A DNA stretch of 15,292 nucleotides from Candidatus Woesearchaeota archaeon (lineage in GTDB: Archaea; Nanobdellota; Nanobdellia; Woesearchaeales; SKGA01): contig JAFGOT010000039.1 in NCBI GenBank assembly GCA_016926395.1, positions 1 to 15,292 of the forward strand, written 5' to 3'. This document shows positions 1 to 7,227 of this stretch, piece by piece. The number at the start of each line of letters is the position of its first letter. Positions within the stretch are counted from its first letter, which is position 1. The position numbers and the translations under genes were made by a program. The notes below the pieces were generated by a model that worked only from the letters and a program-made list of their open reading frames with translations, ran no database searches and had not been told where the DNA came from.

Positions 1-85
1 GCGCAGTACAATGCAAAACGTAGGCGCGCTTGACTTCCGAGTTCGAAATGGGTTCGGGTAGGACCACGCCGCTTTGACCGTCCAA
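1..85 (-). rRNA. rrf: 5S ribosomal RNA (5' ~85 nt; 3' end lies beyond the left window edge)
   Basis: Reverse complement reads TTGGACGGTCAAAGCGGCGTGGTCCTACCCGAACCCATTTCGAACTCGGAAGTCAAGCGCGCCTACGTTTTGCATTGTACTGCGC. It has the 5S hallmarks CCCAT..CGAAC.CGGAAG..AAG (helix III/loop C), AGCGG (helix II) and GTACT (loop E region). GC-rich against an AT-rich background. 5' end uncertain by a few nt. Confidence 0.92.
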
Positions 86-103
86 GAGTAGGAATACGAG
101 TTT

Positions 104-113
104 TATTTAAAAA
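104..113 (-). promoter_or_regulatory. Archaeal TATA box driving the 5S rRNA gene
   Basis: Minus strand reads CATAACC-TTTTTAAATA, with the box ending about 19-22 nt before the inferred 5S 5' end. Confidence 0.55.
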
Positions 114-183
114 GGTTATGTTTTATAAGCATCTAAACATTAATAAAGAATCAATTCTAAGTTTGGAGTAATAAGGTGTAACT

Positions 184-987
184 ATGAAACCATACGCATT
201 AATCACTGGAGCTACAAGCGGCATAGGACTTTCTCTTGCAACTATTCACGCTTCTCGTAAAGGAAATCTAATAATTATTGGTCAGAACAGTAGAAAACTA
301 TCTGAAGTCAAAAAAGAACTGGAAACTCAATTTAAAATTAAAGTTGTTGCATTCAGCGTTGATTTAACCAAACCAGATAGTGTAAAAAAAATCGTGACTC
401 GGGTTAGAGAACAAAATTTATCTGTAAAATATGTTATTAACAATGCAGGATTTGGTTTATACGGATTATTTAGAGATACAGACATAGAACGTGAACTTAA
501 GATGATTGATCTTAATGTTAAAGTTGTAACTGAACTTAGCAAAGCATTTCTTCCAGATATGATAGCTGAAGGTCGAGGACACATAATGAATGTTGCATCC
601 GTTGCAAGTTTTATTCCTGGTCCTTTAATGTCGGTATATTATGCTACTAAAAATTATGTTCTTGCATTCTCAGAGGCAATAAACAATGAGTTAAAAGGAA
701 CAGGAGTTAGTGTTACAGCTCTTTGTCCAGGACCAACTGAAACTAATTTCACAAAAACTGCACGTGGAGAAAAAGCAAAAATGTTAAGTAGAAACCTTAT
801 GTCAGCTGAAGAAGTAGCAGTAATAGGATATGAAGGTATGCTTAAGAAAAAAGCAATAGTTATTCCTGGTTTTAAAAACAAACTATTAGCGTTCCTGCCA
901 CGCCTTCTTCCAAGAAGTAATGTCGTTTCTATCGTAAGAAATGTAGCTGAAAAGCTTTCTGATGAAGAAAAACCAACAAAAGAATAA
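184..987 (+). CDS. Classical short-chain dehydrogenase/reductase (SDR), substrate unknown
   Basis: TGATSGIG Rossmann motif, NNAGFG, catalytic Ser (VASVAS) and YxxxK (YYATK), LCPGPT.T.F. SD-like AGGTG at 174-178; TATA-like boxes at 121-128 and 140-147. Confidence 0.93.
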   Translation: MKPYALITGATSGIGLSLATIHASRKGNLIIIGQNSRKLSEVKKELETQFKIKVVAFSVDLTKPDSVKKIVTRVREQNLSVKYVINNAGFGLYGLFRDTDIERELKMIDLNVKVVTELSKAFLPDMIAEGRGHIMNVASVASFIPGPLMSVYYATKNYVLAFSEAINNELKGTGVSVTALCPGPTETNFTKTARGEKAKMLSRNLMSAEEVAVIGYEGMLKKKAIVIPGFKNKLLAFLPRLLPRSNVVSIVRNVAEKLSDEEKPTKE

Positions 988-1000
988 CAATATCACAAGC

Positions 1001-1008
1001 TTTTAAAA
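1001..1008 (+). promoter_or_regulatory. TATA box for taw1 (probably leaderless transcript)
   Basis: TTTTAAAA ends 24 nt upstream of ATG 1033, and no SD lies between them. Confidence 0.55.
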
Positions 1009-1032
1009 TGAAGCTTTTTTCTTTTTATTTCT

Positions 1033-2181
1033 ATGTTAACTCCAGAAGCTATAGCTTTATTCGAAAAACAACAATATCGCATCGTAGGTAGCCACAGCGG
1101 TGTAAAGGTTTGTGGTTGGACGAAAAATATGATTAAAGGAATGGGTGGTTGTTATAAGCTTAAATTTTATGGAATAATGTCACATCAATGTCTTCAAATG
1201 ACAACTTCTTTTTCTTGCTCTAATCGATGTATTTTTTGCTGGAGAGATTACAAAGCACCAACTTCTAAAGAATGGAAATGGGCCATAGATGATCCTGAAT
1301 TTATTTTAGAAGGTTCTCTTCATGCTCAGAAAAAACTTCTTGAAGGTTTCAAAGGAAATGAAAAAGCAAATCCTCAAGCCTACAAACAATCCCAAGATGT
1401 TAAAAACGTAGCTCTATCTCTTAATGGTGAGCCAATCCAATATCCTAAAATTAACGAGTTAATCGATTTATTTCATGAGAGAAAAATATCTACATTTTTA
1501 GTCACCAACTCTCAACACGATAAAGAAATTAAAAATTTAAAAGAAATAACTCAATTATACTTATCAGTCGATGCACCTAACAAAGAACTTCTAAAAGAAA
1601 TTGATAGACCATTAAATAGCGATTATTGGGAGCGATTTAATAATAGTTTAGATTATATGGCAAAGAAGAAAGGAAGAACTGCGATGCGTATAACGATGAT
1701 TAAAACACTAAATGACATCGAGCCTGAGAATTATGCTAATTTTATAAAACGTTCAGATGTTGACTTTGTTGAAGTTAAAGGTTACATGCATGTTGGCGCT
1801 AGTCAAGGTCGATTAAATAGAGATTGCATGCCAGATCATAGTGAAGTAATTAATTTTGCTAAGACAATCAGTCCCTTTTTAGAAAATTATGAGCTTATCG
1901 CAGAACACAAACCTTCACGTGTTGTTTTATTTGCGAAAAAGTCTTTCAAAAAAGAAGGCATTTGGAACACGTGGATTGATTTTGATAAATTTTTTGATGA
2001 AGTAAAAAATAATTCAGTCAATAAAATAACTCATAGCAAGCCAACACCAGAGAAGCTCTTAGGATTTACTGAAAACGAAAATAAAAGAGTTGAAGGTCGA
2101 AGCTCATATCTTATTGAGAATGATAAAGAAACTGGTTTTAAGCACATCTGTGAAACAGGCGATGAAACAAACCTAGAATAA
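1033..2181 (+). CDS. taw1: 4-demethylwyosine (imG-14) synthase TYW1/Taw1, radical SAM tRNA-Phe G37 modification enzyme
   Basis: GSHSGVKVCGW, GCYKLKFYGI (pyruvate Schiff-base Lys), HQCLQMT, radical SAM CxxxCxxC (CSNRCIFCWR), ALSLNGEP, FLVTN, LYLSVDAP, DFVEVKGYMHVGAS and EHKPSRVVL. No flavodoxin domain, i.e. the archaeal type. Confidence 0.96.
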   Translation: MLTPEAIALFEKQQYRIVGSHSGVKVCGWTKNMIKGMGGCYKLKFYGIMSHQCLQMTTSFSCSNRCIFCWRDYKAPTSKEWKWAIDDPEFILEGSLHAQKKLLEGFKGNEKANPQAYKQSQDVKNVALSLNGEPIQYPKINELIDLFHERKISTFLVTNSQHDKEIKNLKEITQLYLSVDAPNKELLKEIDRPLNSDYWERFNNSLDYMAKKKGRTAMRITMIKTLNDIEPENYANFIKRSDVDFVEVKGYMHVGASQGRLNRDCMPDHSEVINFAKTISPFLENYELIAEHKPSRVVLFAKKSFKKEGIWNTWIDFDKFFDEVKNNSVNKITHSKPTPEKLLGFTENENKRVEGRSSYLIENDKETGFKHICETGDETNLE

Positions 2182-2221
2182 TTTAGTAACTTATTTAAAC
2201 TTCTTTAACAAACAATAGTGT

Positions 2222-3217
2222 ATGAAAGCATTACCAAAAACAGACGTTTGTTTATTTCTAAAAACAGAACACACAACCGAAAATATGATTGAATACTTCA
2301 CAAGCATTAAAATTGATATTGGAATCCTAATTCTGTTTAAAAGAAAAAAGCCAATGCTATTTATTTCAAGCCTAGAACAAATACCAAAAAGAAATGACAT
2401 AATCATCGAGCACATTGATTTTGAAAAAATAAAATCCATTCTCCACAAAGAAAAAACAAAGATAATAGGAACTCACGATTTAAAATTAACCAAAAGAGGT
2501 CTTGAATTATTCAAAAAATCAATTCCAAAAGGAGCTAAATTTAAAGACATCACCGAAGATTTAGAAAAAATCAGATCAATAAAATCAGAAAAAGAAATTC
2601 AAAGTTTAAAAAAAGGAATCAAAATTACAGAAGAGATTATCGGGTTGCTTATTAAAAATATTTCTAACATGACATATGAGCAAGAAGCAATTCGATTTCT
2701 TAAAATGGAATGTTTAAAACGAGATGTTAAAACATCATTTGAACCATTAATAGCCACGGGACCCGATGCTTCAAATCCTCATTATTATCCTAAAAAAGGA
2801 AGTAAATTAAAAAAAGGTTTTTGTATAATTGATTTTGGAATAGTTTATGATAACTTATGTACAGATATTTCTAGAACAATATTTTTAGGAAAACCAACTG
2901 AAAAAGAAAAAGATTTCTACAAATTAGTTCTTGATGGTCAATTAAAAGTTGAAAAAGAATCTAAACCAAATAAAAAAATGACCTTCCCATTTAAGATGGT
3001 TCATGCTTTAGGCCATGGTATTGGAATTGAAGTTCACGAACACCCTATGCTTCCAAATGATGCTGTAAAAGTAAATACTTGCATTGCAATAGAACCAGGA
3101 TTATATAGTAAGGAAATGAGTGTTAGAATTGAAGATGACTTTGTTATGAGAAAAACAGGTTTGAAAAGGTTATCAACTTCATCAAGAGAGTTAATAACAA
3201 TTAATTGGAAACGTTAG
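2222..3217 (+). CDS. M24B Xaa-Pro peptidase (prolidase/aminopeptidase P) family protein
   Basis: LRxIKSxxEI linker (IRSIKSEKEI), HYYP, metal ligands IIDFG, TDISRT, HALGHGIGIEVHEHP, AIEPGLY, VRIEDD. The N-terminal creatinase-like domain is degenerate. Confidence 0.92.
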   Translation: MKALPKTDVCLFLKTEHTTENMIEYFTSIKIDIGILILFKRKKPMLFISSLEQIPKRNDIIIEHIDFEKIKSILHKEKTKIIGTHDLKLTKRGLELFKKSIPKGAKFKDITEDLEKIRSIKSEKEIQSLKKGIKITEEIIGLLIKNISNMTYEQEAIRFLKMECLKRDVKTSFEPLIATGPDASNPHYYPKKGSKLKKGFCIIDFGIVYDNLCTDISRTIFLGKPTEKEKDFYKLVLDGQLKVEKESKPNKKMTFPFKMVHALGHGIGIEVHEHPMLPNDAVKVNTCIAIEPGLYSKEMSVRIEDDFVMRKTGLKRLSTSSRELITINWKR

Positions 3218-3261
3218 ATTTTTAAAGGGTCTTTGATTCCAGAGAACTCCCCAAATAACAT

Positions 3262-3304
3262 AGGTTAGAGCTGTTTATTCTTCTCAGCTCAAAACCTTTT
3301 CTTC
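3262..3304 (+). promoter_or_regulatory. Stem-loop followed by a T-tract in the peptidase-pyk intergenic region (terminator or attenuator-like)
   Basis: AGGTT(3262-66)/AACCT(3293-97) and GAGCTG(3268-73)/CAGCTC(3285-90) pair around an 11-nt loop, followed by TTTCTTC. A TTTTTAAA box lies at 3219-3226. Confidence 0.5.
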
Positions 3305-3357
3305 AAACGTATGATGATTAAATAACTTATTTGGAATTTTATTAAGGTATAAAGAAA

Positions 3358-4785
3358 ATGAATCAACCTACAGTTAAAAAACAAACAAAAATAGTAGCAA
3401 CAATTTCTGATTTGCATTGCGAAGAAGAATTTATTAGAGAATTATATGATAATGGTATGAATGTTGTAAGACTTAATACTGCTCACCAAACTCATGAAGA
3501 TTCACTTAAAATCATTAAAAGCGTTAGAAATGTCAGTGAAAAAATCCCCCTATTATTAGACACTAAAGGTCCTGAAATAAGAACTACAAAAGGAGATGAA
3601 CCAATTCAGCTAAAAAAAGGAAACATAGTTCAGGTTAAAGGAAGTCCAAATCGAACTTCAACATCTGAAAAACTCTATTTTTCATACGATAATATTGTAA
3701 ATGATGTCCCTATTGATTCCACAATTTTAATTGATGATGGCGATATTGCTCTTAAAGTTAAAGATAAAAGAGAAGACAAATTGTTTTGTGAAGTTTTAAA
3801 TGACGGAACTATTGATGGTAGAAAAAGCGTTAATATACCAGGAACACACATTTCTCTTCCTAGTTTAACAGATAAAGATAGAGATTATGTTATGTTTGCA
3901 ATAGAAAACGAAATTGATTTCATCGCACATTCTTTTGTTCGAAACAAACAAGATTTATTAGATATTCAAGAAATTCTTGATAAACACAATAGTTCAATTA
4001 AACTTATTGCAAAGATTGAAAATCAAGAAGGTGTTGATAATATTGATGAAATTCTAGATCACTGTGAAGGCATAATGGTTGCTAGAGGAGACTTAGGAAT
4101 AGAAATACCCGCTGTTAAAATTCCCCAGATTCAAAAGTCTTTGATTAAAAAAGCTATTGCAAAAAGAAAAATTGTAATCACAGCAACTCAAATGCTTCAT
4201 ACAATGATTAAAAATCCACGTCCTACTCGTGCTGAAGTTAGCGATGTAGCTAATGCAATCATGGATGGAACTGACGCAGTCATGCTTAGTGGTGAGACTG
4301 CATATGGCAAGTATCCTCTTGAAGCTGTTAAAACAATGGCAAGCATTGCTCAGGAAGTTGAAACTCAATTATCAGGCTACAAAAAAGCTGCAATACCAGA
4401 AATATTTAACACCTCCACATATTTAATAAAAGCTGCAGTTAGAGCAACACTTCATCTTCCTATTGAAGCAATTGTTATCGACACTATTAAAGGTAGTACA
4501 GCTAGAAATATCAGTTCATTTAGACCTAAAGTTCCTGTTTATGCAATGTGTTTTAATAAAAAAGTCATGAGAGAACTAGGATTAAGATACGGTATTTATG
4601 GACATTTTTATGGCGAACATGTTGATAATACAGATAAGTTCATCAAAGAAACGCTAGAGCATTTAACAAAAGAAGATTCGCTTCTAAATAAAGAAAGCCA
4701 AATTGTTTTCTTAGGTGGAAATTTTGGGTCAACAGAACAACCAACTTTTGTTGAGATAACATCTCCAAAAGCAGTTCTAGAATAA
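3358..4785 (+). CDS. pyk: Pyruvate kinase
   Basis: TKIVATI, GMNVVRLNTAH, LLDTKGPEIRT, LIDDG, RKSVNIPG, FIAHSFVR, IAKIENQEG, IMVARGDLGIE, ITATQMLHTMIKNPRPTRAEVSDVANAIMDGTDAVMLSGETAYGKYP. SD-like AAGGT at 3344-3348. Confidence 0.99.
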   Translation: MNQPTVKKQTKIVATISDLHCEEEFIRELYDNGMNVVRLNTAHQTHEDSLKIIKSVRNVSEKIPLLLDTKGPEIRTTKGDEPIQLKKGNIVQVKGSPNRTSTSEKLYFSYDNIVNDVPIDSTILIDDGDIALKVKDKREDKLFCEVLNDGTIDGRKSVNIPGTHISLPSLTDKDRDYVMFAIENEIDFIAHSFVRNKQDLLDIQEILDKHNSSIKLIAKIENQEGVDNIDEILDHCEGIMVARGDLGIEIPAVKIPQIQKSLIKKAIAKRKIVITATQMLHTMIKNPRPTRAEVSDVANAIMDGTDAVMLSGETAYGKYPLEAVKTMASIAQEVETQLSGYKKAAIPEIFNTSTYLIKAAVRATLHLPIEAIVIDTIKGSTARNISSFRPKVPVYAMCFNKKVMRELGLRYGIYGHFYGEHVDNTDKFIKETLEHLTKEDSLLNKESQIVFLGGNFGSTEQPTFVEITSPKAVLE

Positions 4786-4787
4786 GT

Positions 4788-5372
4788 TTATCTTTTCAGA
4801 TAAACTATTTTTTTATTTTCATCCACAGTTAATATCGTTGAAGGACTTCCATTTAGCATCCCATCATCAATTATAAAATCAAGTTTCTCATCTATGTCCT
4901 TATCAATATCATCAGTTGAAGTCATATGAACTTTTCCAGAAACATTAACACTTGTTGTCACAATAGGAAAACCAATCTTAGAGACAATATCACTAATCCA
5001 ATGTTTAGGAATTCTAACTCCAACCTTAGAAAGACCAAAAGTTAAATTCTCAGGTAAAAAATTAATATCTTTTGGGGTGAGAAGAATAGTAAATGGTTTA
5101 AGAACACCATCAACATCAATCCAATTCCCAAATTGATTAACAATTTCAAGTTCAATTTCATTTAAGACAAAATGTTCTTTAACCCAGTCAATTGAAGGTG
5201 CAATTATGGAAAAAGGTTTCTCATCTCTGTGCTTTATAGTTCTAAGTTTTGAAATTATATCATAGTTAGTAGCGTCACAACCAATTCCATAAATACTATC
5301 CGTAGGATATACAAAAATAGTTTGTTTAAATAAATTAATATTATCTAAAACATCTTGTTTTGTTAAAATCAT
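4788..5372 (-). CDS. tsaC: L-threonylcarbamoyladenylate synthase, single-domain TsaC/YrdC type (no C-terminal Sua5 domain)
   Basis: VYPTDSIYGIGCDA, KxR motif (IKHRDEKPF), VGVRIP, PIVTTSVNVSG, GSPSTIL. I prefer ATG 5372 over the ORF-track TTG 5384 because a TATA box (5396-5403) ends 24 nt upstream. Confidence 0.93.
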   Translation of the reverse strand: MILTKQDVLDNINLFKQTIFVYPTDSIYGIGCDATNYDIISKLRTIKHRDEKPFSIIAPSIDWVKEHFVLNEIELEIVNQFGNWIDVDGVLKPFTILLTPKDINFLPENLTFGLSKVGVRIPKHWISDIVSKIGFPIVTTSVNVSGKVHMTSTDDIDKDIDEKLDFIIDDGMLNGSPSTILTVDENKKIVYLKR

Positions 5373-5441
5373 AGAAAAAACCAAATCATAAATAATTTAA
5401 AAACTTATTCAATCAAAGGCTGCAAAATTGCAGCCCACAAC

Positions 5442-5624
5442 TCAAAAAACCAAAAAGAACAGTTCAGATAAATCCTCATTTCTATATAATTCTTGATCAC
5501 GTGGAAATAGATGCGCATCTTCTAATTTTTGCAAAGAAACTATTGGCGAAACCTCAACTTCCAAGTAATCAGGTTTTGAAAGTTCTTTTTCCAATTCATC
5601 TTCGTAGGTTAATATTTTAATCAC
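5442..5624 (-). CDS. Small acidic hypothetical protein (57-60 aa); start uncertain (GTG 5624 or ATA 5615)
   Basis: Non-overlapping ORF in its own gap with plausible composition. AAGGTGA resembles the SD motifs of other genes here, and a TATA-like TTATAAAA lies at 5694-5687. No recognisable motif. Confidence 0.55.
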   Translation of the reverse strand: MIKILTYEDELEKELSKPDYLEVEVSPIVSLQKLEDAHLFPRDQELYRNEDLSELFFLVF

Positions 5625-5771
5625 CTTCGAAAGGACTAAAAACTAACTAAACAGTAGTTAATTTGACCCCCCTAAAGTATTTATTATTTTATAAGTTAAT
5701 AAATCTTGCGTTAATAAAAACAACACAAATAAAGACCGATAGAAGGCTTAAAACAAAAGAATTCCGAAATG

Positions 5772-5779
5772 TTTATAAG
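5772..5779 (+). promoter_or_regulatory. TATA box for the pyrophosphorylase gene
   Basis: TTTATAAG preceded by A-rich CCGAAATG, ending 38 nt before ATG 5818. Confidence 0.5.
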
Positions 5780-5817
5780 TAAAAATCACTAAACCAACAG
5801 TTACAAGGGTTGGATTC

Positions 5818-7224
5818 ATGGATTATAAAGAAGCATTTGAAAAAGCAAGTAAATTTGGTCAAGAACATATATTTCAGTTTTGGGATGAACTTTCTAAAGA
5901 AGAACGGGAAAGTTTACTAAAGCAAGTTAACGAAATAGATTTTGATGAGATTGAAAGTTTAAAAAAACTAACTAGCAAAAAAGAAAAAGCTAACCCTGAT
6001 CCTAAAAGTATTTCTGCGCCTAATTCTATTAAAAAAGAAAAAATAATGAAATCTGAGAAATCCACTTATGAACAAGGAGTAACAACTCTTAAAGAAGGAA
6101 AAGTTGCTTGTTTAATGGTTGCAGGTGGTCAAGGTTCAAGACTTGGCTTTGAAGGACCTAAAGGTTGTTTTCCAATAAGTCCTGTAGAAAATAAAACTTT
6201 ATTCCAATTATTCGCTGAACAAATTCTTGCTAATCAAAAAAAGTACGATGTTAACCTTCAATGGTATATGATGACAAGCGTAGCTAATAATGCTCAAACA
6301 AAGGAGTTTTTTGAAGAAAATAATTATTTTGGCTTAGACAAAAAACAAATTCATTTTTTTGTTCAAAAAATGCTTCCCGCAATAAATAAAGAAGGAAAGT
6401 TTTTCTTGAAAACTAAAAGTGAAATATTCACGAATCCAAACGGGACTGGAGGAGTTTATTCAGCCCTGAAAGAAAATGGAATATTAGACCATGCCAAAAA
6501 AAATAACATAGAATTTTTCTCATTTGTGAACGTTGATAATCCTTTAGTTGAAATTTTTGATCCAGCTCATATCGGTCTTGTTAAAGAAAGAAATTCAGAT
6601 TATAGTATAAAAGTCGTTAAAAAAACAAATCCTGAAGAAAAAGTCGGTTTAATTTGCAATGTTAATGGAATTACACAAGTTTTAGAATACAGTAATATTT
6701 CCGAAGAATTAACTCACGAAAAGAATGAAGAAAACGATTTATTACTTAATTTAGCTAACTTAAACATCTTAATAATTAAAAGAGATTTCATAGAACAAAT
6801 TCTCAAAGATAACTTATTAGAATATGTTGTTGCATTTAAAAAAATCCCATTCATTTCAGAATCAGGAGAATTATTTCAACCAGATAGTCCAAATGGATAC
6901 AAGTTTGAAACGTTTGTTTTTGATGTAATGCCTTTAACAAAAAATATTTCTATTATTGAAGATTTAAGAGAAGATATTTTTGCTCCTGTTAAAAACGCAG
7001 AAGGGGTTGATAGTCCTTTAACTGCACGTCTTCTCATGAACCGTAAAGCTAAGAAGTGGATGTTAAAAGCTGGATTTGACAAAGAAATTGTTGATCACAT
7101 AGATTTTGCTGAGATTTCTCCATTATTTGCTTTAACAGAAGAAGATTTTATTGAAAAAGTAGAGAACAAAATTGAGTTCTACGAAAATGAAATGATTGCT
7201 GAGGAAAATTTTTACTTTCAATAA
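5818..7224 (+). CDS. UDPGP type 1 family nucleotidyltransferase, UAP1/AGX-like (UDP-N-acetylhexosamine or UDP-hexose pyrophosphorylase)
   Basis: N-terminal GQEHIFQFWDEL, LMVAGGQGSRLGFEGPKG, WYMMTS, FVQKMLPA, PNGTGG, NVDNPL, EKVG, VLEYS, YKFETFVFD, FAPVKNAEGVDSP and C-terminal EISPLFAL. Confidence 0.9.
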   Translation: MDYKEAFEKASKFGQEHIFQFWDELSKEERESLLKQVNEIDFDEIESLKKLTSKKEKANPDPKSISAPNSIKKEKIMKSEKSTYEQGVTTLKEGKVACLMVAGGQGSRLGFEGPKGCFPISPVENKTLFQLFAEQILANQKKYDVNLQWYMMTSVANNAQTKEFFEENNYFGLDKKQIHFFVQKMLPAINKEGKFFLKTKSEIFTNPNGTGGVYSALKENGILDHAKKNNIEFFSFVNVDNPLVEIFDPAHIGLVKERNSDYSIKVVKKTNPEEKVGLICNVNGITQVLEYSNISEELTHEKNEENDLLLNLANLNILIIKRDFIEQILKDNLLEYVVAFKKIPFISESGELFQPDSPNGYKFETFVFDVMPLTKNISIIEDLREDIFAPVKNAEGVDSPLTARLLMNRKAKKWMLKAGFDKEIVDHIDFAEISPLFALTEEDFIEKVENKIEFYENEMIAEENFYFQ

Positions 7225-7227
7225 ATA

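Noticed and set aside
327-881. Minus-strand ORFs 327-584 and 654-881
   Set aside because: Antisense shadows of the SDR, with no motifs or initiation signals.
3311-3317. ATGATGA as a C box of a C/D-box sRNA or kink-turn
   Set aside because: No CTGA D box at a suitable distance within the intergenic region, so a 7-mer alone is insufficient.
2191-4368. Minus-strand ORFs 2191-2448 and 4093-4368
   Set aside because: Antisense to the well-supported M24 peptidase and pyk; composition is typical of shadow frames.
5874-7082. Minus-strand ORFs 5874-6065 and 6876-7082
   Set aside because: Antisense shadows within the pyrophosphorylase gene.
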